This document shows positions 45,344-56,779 of a stretch of 64,000 nucleotides of DNA, piece by piece; the stretch's first letter is position 1, and each line of letters opens with the position of its first letter. The stretch spans positions 44,082,001 through 44,146,000 of the forward strand of contig NC_042997.1 of assembly GCF_006345805.1 (NCBI RefSeq), in the 5' to 3' direction. The position numbers and the translations under genes were made by a program. The stretch is from Octopus sinensis. Taxonomy: Eukaryota. The notes beneath the pieces are model-generated. The model searched no databases and was not told the origin of the DNA. It saw nothing but the letters and a program-made list of their open reading frames with translations.

Positions 45344-48300
45344 GTACAAGATTTTCTGGGCAGGGAACTCTGACGGGGTCGGGGGCGTGGGTATACTTCT
45401 TGCGGAGAAATGGGTAGATAAGGTAATCGAGGTAGTCAGAGTAAGTGACAGAGTACTTAAAATTAGATTAGTCCTTCACCATAGGTCAGCTACCATCATC
45501 TCGGCATATGCCCCTCAACCAGGGCTACCGGAAGGACAAAAAGACCAATTCTATGACACCCTATTGCGGACTACCTCGTTGACAAATGACAGTGACCTTC
45601 TCTTCGTGGCAGGTGATTTCAATGGACATGTTGGACGGCATGTCGGGGGCTTCCATGGCGTTCATGGAGGCTACGGTTTTGGCTCTCATAATGAGGAGGG
45701 AACCAGACTGCTGGAGTTCTGCGATGCAAATGACCTTATGGTCTGCAATACCAGCTTCAGGAAACCCACCTCTCACCTAGTCACCTACCGTTCTGGCAGA
45801 CACACTAGCCAGATTGACTACATCCTTGCCAGAAAAAGGGAAAGAGGGCTGCTTATAAATGCCAAAACCTTTCCAGGCAAAGAATGTACTCCTCAACATA
45901 GATTAGTAGTTAGTGACTTCAGGATCAGAGCTAAATGGTTGCCCAGAAGAAGACCTACTTGGAGGAGAAGGGTCTGGAAGCTTAAAGATCCTGCAAATGG
46001 ACAGAGATTTAGAGACATACTACTCGAAGCCTTTGACGAAATAGAAGGGGATATAGCTTCACTTAATGTGGAAGACAACTGGAGATTTCTACGGGACAAT
46101 CTGCTGACAGCCACTGACCAGATCTGTGGATGGAGCAAAGTACCAACTCGACCCAGAGTAACGTGGTGGTGGAACACTGTGGTTGACAGGGCTATTAGAC
46201 AAAAGAGACAGGCTTGGAAGGACTGGAAGAACGGTGGTAGCAGGGAATTGTATCAGACAGCCAGAAGGGTAGCTAGGAGACAGGTTTATTTAGCCAGAGG
46301 GGAAGCGGATAAGAAAAAATTTGCCAATGTTCTTAGCCGTGAGGATGAAAGACTTGAGGTATTTCGTGTTGCAAGACAGTGTGTGAGAGAGAATCGTGAT
46401 GTGGTAGGAGAGAAATGTGTCCGCATGGATGATGGTTCACTTGCGCTAAATGAGGATGCAAAGAGAGAGGTTTGGAGATGCCACTATGAAAGGTTGCTGA
46501 ATAAAGAAAATGAATGGGATAAAGAGAGTTTGCCGAATGTCAACCAAACAGAGGGACCAGCCATCCGAGTTGAAAATTCTTTGGTAGTTAAAGCAATTAG
46601 AAGCATGAAGACAGGGAAAGCCCCAGGCCCATCAGGAATTACTGCAGAGATGCTCAAAATATCTGGCAGTGTCGGCCATAACCTAGTCACCCGTATAGTC
46701 AACCAGGTGATACACGAAGGAGTCATACCCAATGACTGGTGTAGCAGCATACTAGTCAACTGCTACAAAGGTAAAGGTGATGCCCTAGATACAAATAATT
46801 ACAGAGGTATCGAGCTGTTGGATCAGGTAATGAAGGTTACGGAGAGGGTCATAGCCCAACTAATTAGAGAGAGAGTTAGTTTAGATGAGATGCAGTTTGG
46901 GTTCGTGCCAGGGAAAGGTACCACTGATGCTATATTCCTGGTAAGGCAGCTGCAGGAGAAATACCTAGCCAAAGATAAGCCCCTGTACCTGGCTTTTGTT
47001 GACATGGAGAAAGCCTTTGACAGGGTCCCCCGATCCCTTATCTGGTGGTCAATGAGGAAACTAGGGATAGATGAATGGCTGGTGAGGGCTGTGCAAGCCA
47101 TGTACAGAGATGCCGTAAGTAAGGTTAGGGTTGGCAACATGTACACAGAAGAATTCAAAGTAGAGGTTGGGGTCCACCAGGGTTCAGTACTCAGCCCCCT
47201 CCTATTTATCATAGTCCTCCAGGCAATTACGGAGGAATTCAAGACAGATTGCCCCTGGGAGCTCCTCTATGCTGATGACCTTGCTCTAATTGCTGAGTCA
47301 CTATCAGAACTGGAGGAGAGGTTCCAGGTGTGGAAGGAGGGTTTAGAATCGAGGGGCCTTAGAGTCAACCTAGCTAAAACCAAAGTACTAATAAGTAGGA
47401 AGGTAGACAATCCACAAATGTCCTCAGGAAGATGGCCCTGCTCGATCTGTAGAAAAGGTGTAGGTAGAAACTCTATAAGATGTACCCAGTGTAAGCTATG
47501 GACACATAAGAGGTGCAGCAATGTCAAAGGTAGGCTAACTGGGAAGATAGTTTTTGTATGTGGCAGATGCTCAGGAGCAATAAACTCTGAAAATCTGCAG
47601 AAAACAACTTCCGTCACTTTCCAGGGGGAAAAACTAGAAGTAGTTAATAGCTTTTGATAGTAGTTGATAGTTGAGAATGGATGAAGATAGGTGTGTGTAA
47701 AAGTGCCAATCCCTAGCAGTTGAGGGAACCCGTGGAAGAGGTAGACCCAGGAAAACCTGGGACGAGGTGGTGAAGCACGACCTTCGAACTTTAGGCCTCA
47801 CTGAGGAAATGACCAGCGACCGAGACCTTTGGAAATATGCTGTACGTGAGAAGACCAGGCAGGACAAGTGAGTCCAGCCCACTTATGCATGCCCTTCCTC
47901 CCTTGGACACACAAAGACCTGTTGAGGCAAGCGAAGTCGATATCGAACCTCATCCGATGACAGGCACCCATGCCAACCCCCTCTGCTTGCGAAGACATGT
48001 TGGGGCAAGTGAAATCGAAATCGGAATCGAAATTGAACCAATCCTATGACTGGCACCCGGCAGATGCCAGGAACCCTGGACTGGTGGTACGTAAAAAGCA
48101 CACTCCGAATCGTGGCCGATGCCAGCGCCGCCTCGACTGGCTCCCGTGCCGGTGGCACGTAAAATGCACCAATCCGACCGTGGCCGTTGCCAGCCTCGCC
48201 TGGCACCTGTGCGGGTGGCACGTAAAAAGCACCCACTACACTCACGGAGTGGTTGGCGTTAGGAAGGGCATCCAGCTGTAGAAACATTGCCAGATAAGAC

Positions 48301-48401
48301 TGGAGCTTGGTGCAGCCTTCTGGCTTCCCAGATCCCCGGTCGAACCGTCCAACCCATGCTAGCATGGAGAACGGACGTTAAACGATGATGATGATGATGA
48401 T
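45341..48401 (+). mobile_element. RTE-clade LINE, 5'-truncated, with an about 770-codon open EN-RT-zinc-finger frame
   Basis: ORF 45255-47657 has APE motifs (AGDFNGHVG, SQIDYIL, QHRLVV), RT motifs (NYRGI, FVDMEKAFDRVPR, QGSVLSP, YADD) and Cys-rich CSIC/CTQC..WTHKRC. Internal deletion near 47655. (GAT)n tail at 48384-48401, with (TA)n on both flanks. Confidence 0.95.
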
Positions 48402-49149
48402 ATATATATATCTTAGCTGATTTCAAACTGGGAACCGTTATGTTAGAACGTGCTGGCGTCAGTTGCTTAGTAAATAAAAACATTAACACTTTTGGTTTAC
48501 AAATAACGGTTCCTCCTTAGAAGTCAGCCCGGATGGATATATATTAGAATTAAAATGCGATCAGCAATCGAAACGTAATGTAAATATAAATACATACTTT
48601 AAAGACGAGGTTATCAGCCTAGAAAATTGTCATTTGAATAAATGTAGCTCATTTTAGATTTCTCGTTGTTTATTAAACTTCCTTTTCGGGTGATTCCGGA
48701 ACCAAATGATCGTGACGCCTATAGCCGGAACTGAATATCAGCTGGACCAGTCTTTTACTCAGCGACGTGTGTAACTTGTTTTATTTTCTCTATTTTAATG
48801 AATAAGTTATTAAAAAGAAATATTCTTAGGGACCAGTGTTTATATTATATATATGCCATCCGGGATAGATTAACAGATTTCTTCCCCAACGCACGAAAGT
48901 AGAATATTAAGCCAGCACGAAGCAATATATCTTTATATCGTCAACCGTTACTAAACTACAATCATTAAAATAATGAAAAATTTTACTAAGAAAAAAAAAT
49001 AATTCTTTTTGCATTATTATTGTTACTAAAAAACAAACAAACATGTTGCTCTTCTTTTTTATTTTCCGGGACCGGTCTAATTTTCCAATGAAATCAGCAA
49101 ATCATTTCCTCCCGCAAAGAATTCCTGATAGTACTGATGGACCAAACAA

Positions 49150-49530
49150 AATAGGGCTGCGAGCTGGCAGAATCGTTAGCATGCCGGGCGAAATGCTTAG
49201 CGGTATTGCGTCTGTCGTTGCGTTCTGAGTTCAAATTCCGCCGAGGTCGACTTTGCCTTTCATCCTTTCGGGGTCGATAAATTAAGTACCAGTTACGCAC
49301 TGGGGTCGATGTAATCGACTTAATCCGTTTGTCTGTCCTTGTTTGTCCCCTCTATGGGCAATAAAGAAACAGATAGTACTGATGAACTAAACAAGATAGG
49401 GCAGCGAGCTGGCAGAATCGTTAGCACCACGCACAAAATGTTTATCGGCATTCCGTCTATCTTCATGTTCTGAGTTCAAATTCCACCGACATTAGCTTTG
49501 CCTTTCATTCTTTCGGGGACCAGTTGCTGG
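49150..49530 (+). mobile_element. Two tandem SINE family 2 copies (second one truncated)
   Basis: G(C)GAGCTGGCAGAATCGTTAGCA heads at about 49155 and 49400. A degenerate minus-strand copy lies at about 49670-49840. Confidence 0.85.
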
Positions 49531-50273
49531 ACTTGAAATCAGTACTTATGAAAAGGCTTGTTATATAGGGCTGATTACAGACACTAAGTGAGTTTCTAAG
49601 GGTGTACATGTGTGTCTATCTGTATATATTGGTTTTAAATTTTGGTACATGGCCAGCATTTTCGGTGGTGGGGGATTAGTCAACTACATCGACCCCAGTG
49701 CCCGATTAGTATTTATTTTATCGACCTCGAAAGGATCAAAGGTAAAGTCAACCTCGGTGAAATTTGAACTCTAACGACAGACGAAATGCCGCCAAGCATT
49801 TTGCTCGCCCTGATAACGTTTCTGATAACTCACCGCCTTGTCTATCTACATGTATTAATCAAAGTATACAGTAGTATGGATACATTATAGCCGATCTTAT
49901 CAATCGGTTTCACACTGGGTATTAGAACAGGATATTTCTCTCTCTCACACACCCACATGTATGTATGTGTATATGCGTACATACATCTATATACGTACAC
50001 GTGCGCGCGCTCATATACAGGGTGTTTGGGCTAAATTTGAGGATTTTTGTGTCTTCCTTTTTTCAAGAACAGCCAGCTTGATGTAGTGGTGAACAGTCAA
50101 AAGCGTTGCAGAGTATAAAGATTAAAATAGTAGTGTAAAAAAAAAGTTAGCTATCACGGAGGACTACAAAGCATCTGAATATTGGATGAGTTAACTGTAT
50201 TATGATGATTCGCTCCAAGCATCAAAATGCTGACACCATGCCTGTTGCTCAATGGTTTGTGAACACTCTAAAG

Positions 50274-50585
50274 AAAAAAACAAAAAAAAAAACGTCGCCC
50301 TTTTCAAGCCTAGCCAGGCTCATGGGCCCGGTTTCCCGGTTTCTGTGGCGTATGTGCTCCCCCCAGCTGGACGGGACGCCAGTCCATCGCAGCGTTACTC
50401 AAGAAGCAGGAAGAAAGAGTGAGAGAAAGTTGTAGCGAAAGAGTACAACAGGGGTCACCACTACCCCCTGCCGGAACCTCGTGGAGCTTTTAGGTGTTTT
50501 CACTCAATAAACACACACAACGCCCGGTCTTGGAATCGAAACCGCGAGTCCGCTGCCCTAACTACTGGTCCATTGCGCCTCCACT
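50274..50585 (-). mobile_element. tRNA-derived SINE, family 3, with 16-bp TSD
   Basis: TGTGAACACTCTAAAG at 50258-50273 and 50585-50600. Head GGAGGCGCAATGG...GGTTTCGATTCC and a T-rich tail. Confidence 0.88.
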
Positions 50586-51084
50586 GTGAACACTCTAAAG
50601 GCTTTAAAATGTGACGTGGACATCTGCAAAGGAGACTACGAAGCCGTGTTCAACAGGGACCCAACAGGTGTCCTGACTGCGTCTACATGCTGGGATTCAC
50701 CCCCACATCTTTGACCAGGGCCTTAGGCTCAATTCAGACGACTATGTGAAGCTGCTGGAGACTGTGGTCAATCCCTTCAGGGGAAGGGGTTGCTGCTGGA
50801 AGGCTATAAGTGTGACAACAGGATTCGGCTCCTTGCAATACCCCCGGAATGAGTCAGAAGTGGTTATCGGAGAATGTCTACGACTTCATCACCCCTAGTT
50901 TCTGGGCTTTCAATCACCCCCGATTGTAATCCCATAGATTATTATGTGTGGAGCACGGTTGAGAAAGACACCAGCCGCTCTGTCTGCAACACCGAGTCCG
51001 AGTTGGTGGTCAAGATGAAGGAGGTGTTCGAAGATCTTCCCAGGGACACAGGGAGGAACGCATGCATCGGGTCCTGGAGCCGTC

Positions 51085-51390
51085 TTGAGGCCATGATGGA
51101 AGCAAGCGGAGGGCAGCTATTTTGAGTTAAGGCCGTGGTGGAAGCTGAGGGCAGCTACTTTGAGTTGAGGCCGTGATGGAAGCTGAAGGCAGCTACTTTG
51201 AGTTGAGGCCGTGATGGAAGCTGAGGGCAGCTACTTTGAGTTGAGGCCGTGATGGACTGAGGGCAGCTACTTTGAGTTGAGGCCGTGATGGAAGCTGAGG
51301 GCAGCTACTTTGAGTTGAGGCCGTGATGGAAGCTGAGGGCAGCTACTTTGAGTTGAGGCCGTGATGGAAGCTGAGGGCAGCTACTTTGAG
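51085..51390 (+). repeat. Minisatellite of 8 units of about 38 bp, derived from the transposase 3' end
   Basis: Unit GAAGCTGAGGGCAGCTACTTTGAGTTGAGGCCGTGATG starts at 51099, 51141, 51179, 51217, 51255, 51291, 51329 and 51367. Confidence 0.95.
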
Positions 51391-51515
51391 TAAATTATCT
51401 CCCAGCCATAATCTAGTCGATATTTTTCGATTTTTAAAATACTTGTATTTTTGGATGGGATGTTGTTTTCTTTTCCATTTATGCAAACAGTGAAACTTAG
51501 CCTGAACACTATGTA

Positions 51516-51530
51516 AATAGATAGATAGAT

Positions 51531-51618
<88 letters not shown>

Positions 51619-51652
51619 GGATGGATGGATGGATGGATGGATGCATGCATGC
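51516..51652. repeat. (GATA)n-(GGAT)n-(GCAT)n compound microsatellite at the transposon's right TA site
   Basis: Visible directly. Confidence 0.95.
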
Positions 51653-51725
51653 ATATATGTATGGAACGTAAGGCTTATGATATCCGAGGAATATCATCTT
51701 CTTCCATCACTTTTCTTGTTCTTTA

Positions 51726-52107
51726 TGTAGTTCAGGCTTTCGGCAGGTGAAGAGAAAAGACTTCAAACATAAATGTTATTTACAACAGGTTTATTTACAG
51801 GAAAGGTGAAACGTGCTGCTTTCAGCTACCATCTTAAGCTCCGATAGAGTGGACGCAGGGCCACTGGAGATCGACAGGTAGAAAAATCTGCCAGCGTTCG
51901 TGTTCAGCCAAATGCTGCTGTGTAAAAGGCGCCAAAGAGAAGAGACAGGACGCAATCGGGTTTCCGTCTACATCGTTCCGTCGCGAGCCTCGTTGGGATC
52001 TCGCGCATGGCAAATGGATGCAGGTGAGGTCTCGCTCCACTCTCGGAGATGGCTATGGCTGCCGCGAGATCTCATCCAATATGGCGCTGGTTGTTTGTGC
52101 CGCTACA
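51726..52107 (-). mobile_element. Gypsy 3' LTR (about 382 bp)
   Basis: TGTAG...CTACA termini. A PPT-like AGTGGGGAG lies just inside on the minus strand, with AATAAA near the distal end. The outer boundary is inferred. Confidence 0.65.
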
Positions 52108-55100
52108 AATGGCTCCCCACTGAGTGCAGAAGTACGAAACCAGAATAATTGGAGCAGGCACAAGAAAGAGCAAAGATGGCAAGTGATCGCAACCAACAAG
52201 ATATGGTACAAAAATGTAACAAGTCAAATAGAACAATAACTGCAAGAAATATAAATTGGCATGCACAAAATTTGACAAAATGTTCAATGGCAGAGTATTG
52301 GAACTTGTGCAGTAACACACAAAGTGTGTCACAGGAAACACAAAAGATAATGTCACATATAAATAGTCTTAGTTTTTTAGGCCAATGCACAGTACGGCCA
52401 GTCGTGGTGCCATAGGGTTTGTTCGTGTTAGGCAGTGGCGACGAAAGTGTAGGTGTAGGTGATGGTGTGGTCAAAGGTGTATGTGCAGGTGGATGTGTAG
52501 GTGGTTGTAAAGGATCAAAGGTGGACGTGTCTGGGGTGTCATCGAAAGGTATGGACACCTCGAAATGTGCCCTTTTAAGTCTGTCGACCGACACGGTCTC
52601 TGCCCGACCATTGATGTCAAGACTAAAAGTTTTGGGTGTGTGCGATAGCACATGGAATGGTCCCTTATAAGGAGAAACGAGAGGTCTTCTGACAGAATCA
52701 TCCCGAACAAAAACATGAGTCCATTTGTCAATATCCGGAGGGACGTGAGAGGGAATAGACTGGTCACGCGGATGCATGGGTGGAGGACACGAGAAATACA
52801 AGCGAAGTCTGGTGACATACGACGTTGGATCAGGAGACGATGAGTTGTCTGGCGCTAACATTGTGCCAGGGAATGCCAGGGTAGTACCGTAAAGGAGTTC
52901 AGCAGAGCAGAAACCTAAGTCTGCTTTAACAGCAGTACGACAACCAAGAAGAACGATAGGCAGGAATTCTGTCCAAGACTGCGGATCAGAAGTGGCACGT
53001 AGAGCGGCCTTCAGTTGCCTGTGAAAACGTTCGCCCATCCCGTTGGAGGCTGGATGGTAGCTGGTCGCACGAATGTGATGAACGCCTAGGATTCGTGATA
53101 ATTCACGAAATAGGGAAGCCTCGAACTAGTGTCCACGATCAGTGGTTATTTTAGCAGGGACTCCAAAGCGAGCAATCCAGTTAGAAACGAAAGCTCGAGC
53201 AACTGACTCAGCGGAAATGTTCACTATTGGAATGGCCTCTGGCCAACGAGAGAAACGATCGACTCATGTCAATATGTAAGAGAATCCGCGGCTGACAGGC
53301 CATGGTCCATCCAGATCAATGTGGACATGGCGAAAGCGAATCTCCGGGGAAGAAAACTGTCCAAGAGAAGCGCGAATATGCCAATGGACTTTAGAACGCT
53401 GATATTTTACACAAGAGTGTGCCCAATCGGTGATCATCGGGCGCATATTAGGCCAGGAAAACCGAGCCGTAATAAGCTTCAAAGTGACGCCAGGATGTGA
53501 CAGTGAATGCAAAGCATCAAAAACGGAACGCTGGTGGATCTCGGGTACAGACGGCCTAGAGAACCAGCAGCTGTGTCACAAAGAATGGTGCCTTCAGTAG
53601 TCGGAAGTGGGAGATAGGTAACTTTGCAGCAGGATAACTTGGTAGAATCTAAATCCAAAGTGTCAAAAGCTGGCTGATCCTGCGCATAGGCAGTTAAATC
53701 GATTGCAGCAGGAGATGAAAGGGAGCAGACAGGAAGACGAGAGAGTGCGTCAGCAGGTACGTTCTCTGTTCCAGGAATGTGCCGAATGTCATTCGTGAAC
53801 TGGGAAATGTAGTCCAGGTGATGAAAAGCACGAGACGAGAATTTATCCGATTTAGATGACAGAGCAAACGTAAGAGGCTTGTGATCAGTATCGATCACAA
53901 AATCTAGGCCCTCGAGAGGTAGATCGCCAAGAGCTTGCGATCAAACGTACTGTACCGACGTTCAACTGGCTTTAATTGGCGAGAAAAAAACGCCAAAGTT
54001 TTAGTTTGATTGTCTATGTTGTGCTGCAAAACAGCACCAACTGCAGAGTCCGATGCCTCGACGGTCAAAGAGAGAAGGGCGTCGGGAACTGGATGTGCAA
54101 GCAAAGGGACAGAAGCAATTTCCTTCTTAATGGACTCAAAAGCAGATAACGCATCGTCAGATGAAGCAAGATGAGAATTCTTTTTGTTATCTGCTTTCAA
54201 CAGCTGAGTCAAAGGAAGTAACTTGTCTGCACGATTTCTAAAGAAGCGTCTGTAAAAATTAACAATGCCCCAAAATTGACGAAGTTGGCGTAGTGAAGTG
54301 GGGGGTGGGGTGCGATGCGCTGAATGGCATCGACTTTGGAAGAGAGAGGTTTGATGCCACTCGAGTCAATATGATGACCCGGAAATTCAAGAGAAGATTT
54401 CCCGAAAACACACTTGTCAGGATTACTACACACACCATAGGTGCGAAGACGCTGAAAAAGCTGAGACAATTGCTGGAGGTGATTGTCGCTTGCAATGAGT
54501 ATGTCATCAACATAAGCGAACACAAAAACAAGTCCGCGGATGACTTCGTCTATGAAACTGTGGAACATTCTGGTAGCGTTCCGCAAATCAAAACTTATAT
54601 ATAGAAGCTCAAAAGAACCAAAAGGAGTGGTAATGGCAGTTTTTGGAATATCGGCTGGGTTGACCGGTTTGTGATGATAGGCGCAAATGAGGTCAACTTT
54701 AGAAAAAATGGTACAGCCATGACGGAGATTTGTCGAAAAATCCTGAGATTTTTTATAGGATATCTGTCAGGTACCGTGACTGCATTAAGACGCCTATAAT
54801 CCCCCACTGGGCGAAAATCAGAATCCCCTTTACACGCCAAATGAAGGGGAGATGCTCAAGGGCTGGTGGAGGGGCGTATCAGGACAAGTTGGAGCATGTG
54901 CTCAAACTCATCCCTAGCCGTTTTTCGTCGGTCAGGTACAAGCCGCCGCGGGCACGAAAAAACAGGTGGCCCAGTGGTGGCAATAAAATGGAGGGTCGAG
55001 TGCGCGGGTTTTTCCGAATGAAAAGTATGATCCACTAGCTCTGGGAAGGAAGCCAAAAGAGAATGAAAAACGTCTCCAGCAGTGGCAACAAAAAATGCCG

Positions 55101-55560
55101 GGCTAAGAACTGCATCGGTAGAACCTCGAGTCGGCGCAGAGAGTGACGTAGAACCGTCGATAAGCCTCTATTGCCTGACATCTACCAACAGATTAAAGTG
55201 GTTCAAAGAATCAGCTCCCAGAATAGGATGTTGTATGTCAGCTATTGAAAACCCATTGAAAATCTCGACGAAGATTAATGTCCAGGCGTAAAGAAATCTG
55301 ACCAAAAGCAGCAATGGAAAACAAGTTGATAGCGTGCAAAACAATGGTAGAACGCTTAGGACTGTCTGTAGTGATACGAAGAGGCCAAATACTGCAAGAA
55401 GAACTGGTGTCAACCATGAAGAGTTTCTTAGACACCAAATCGTTGACGAAGAATGCACGATGAATAGAACCTGAGATCGTTGAGCAGGTAGCCCTGCTTC
55501 CAAACCGAAATTAGGCCCCTGAACATTTACACAACCTACTCTAAGTGTAGCCATTTAGCG
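52108..55560 (-). pseudogene. Ty3/Gypsy pol (PR-RT-RH-IN), multiply frameshifted
   Basis: FMVDTSS (protease), RPVGDYRRLN..TVPDRYP and FAYVDDILI (RT), VEASD.AVGAVL and TDHKPL (RNase H), HSLSHPG and ERFHRQLK (integrase), and SPYKGPF (GPY/F). Confidence 0.93.
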
Positions 55561-56175
55561 TAGAGAAAAGGAAAAAGAATTATTTACCTTGGCCTTCAGG
55601 GATGACTGTTGAAAGTCTTCTTTTTCGGTCGAGGGGGAATGGGGAAGGGTTTTTCTAGTAAGTTTTTTTTTGTCGGGGGTGGAGTGAGGGTGGGAAGTAC
55701 TTATCAAACCCTCCAATGTTGTGTGTGTGTGGGGGGGGGGAGGATTCCTATTGGCAGCTTTTCTCCTCCACCCATTTTGTAGGGGGTATTACCCAATTTT
55801 GGGGAGGGACTCATTTCGCAGCTATACCCCGTTCGTAATTTGCATTAGTTTTTGTATGGAAAAAAAATAGAAGGGAGTGGCGGGGGGGGGCTTGTTTGTA
55901 GTTTGTAGAGAAAACGTTAAAGGTGCCGGAAGAAACATGGTATTTCCCCAACAACTAAAAGACATGAAGAACTAAGAAGGCAAATAATTAGCGGGGGTGG
56001 AGGAAAGAAGAGAGAACTAACAGTCAATCGTTCTAGAACTCCCAGAATAAAAACCTAAACACCTGAAAGGCCTTCCCACTTCTTCATTACTAAATGTCTT
56101 TCCGTCTTCTTCATTGTTAAAGGTAAAGAAGCGAGAAAAGACCGATCGTGTTTCAGTCTGTCATTGTAAATGATT

Positions 56176-56564
56176 ACTCTTTACTCTCTCTTTTACTCGT
56201 TTCAGTCATTTGACTGCGGCCATGCTGGAGCACCGCCTTTAGTCGAGCAACTCGACCCCGGGACTTATTCTTTGTAAGCCCAGTACTTATTCTATCAGTC
56301 TCTTTTGCCGAACCGCAAAGTGACGGGGACGTAAACACACCAGCATCGGTTGTCAAGCAACGCTAGGGGGACAAACACAGACACATATATATACATATAT
56401 GCGACAGGCTTCTTTCAGTTTCCGTCTACTAAATCCACTCACAAGGCATTGGTCGGCCCGGGGCTATAGCAGAAGACACTTGCCCAAGATGCCACGCAGT
56501 GGGATTGAACCCGGAACCATGTGGTTGGTTAGTAAGCTACTTACCACACAGCCACTCCTGCGGC
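56176..56564 (-). mobile_element. SINE family 1
   Basis: Full-length reverse-complement copy. Confidence 0.88.
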
Positions 56565-56779
56565 ATTCCTTTCACTATCTCTATCGCTTCACTTCTTTTC
56601 TCTACGGTTAAGAGAGTGAAGGTGCGTGGGTCAGTGGTTAGGGGTATTCGGCCCACGATCGTAAAGTTATGAGTACGATTCTCTGCAGTGCGCAGTGTTT
56701 TTGAGCAAGTAACTCTACACCACCTTGGGCAGTCCACTTGCTGCAGTCCAGAGACTAGTAGATCAAGCTAATGCTATTA

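Larger units (their letters stand above)
50018..51513 (+). mobile_element. Tc1/mariner-superfamily element (maT/DD37D-like) relic
   Basis: TA|CAGGGTGTTTGGGCTAAATT ... AACTTAGCCTGAACACTATG|TA, with TIRs matching at 15 of 20 positions. Frames give QQDSAP and PDCNPIDYYVWS...RLEA. Confidence 0.8.

Noticed and set aside
51085-51390. Regularly spaced 38-bp repeats as a CRISPR array
   Set aside because: The units are contiguous with no unique spacers, there are no cas genes, the context is eukaryotic, and the unit is the transposase 3' end.
51726-56175. Intact, active Gypsy provirus
   Set aside because: Numerous frameshifts and stops, and no identifiable gag, PBS, 5' LTR or TSD.
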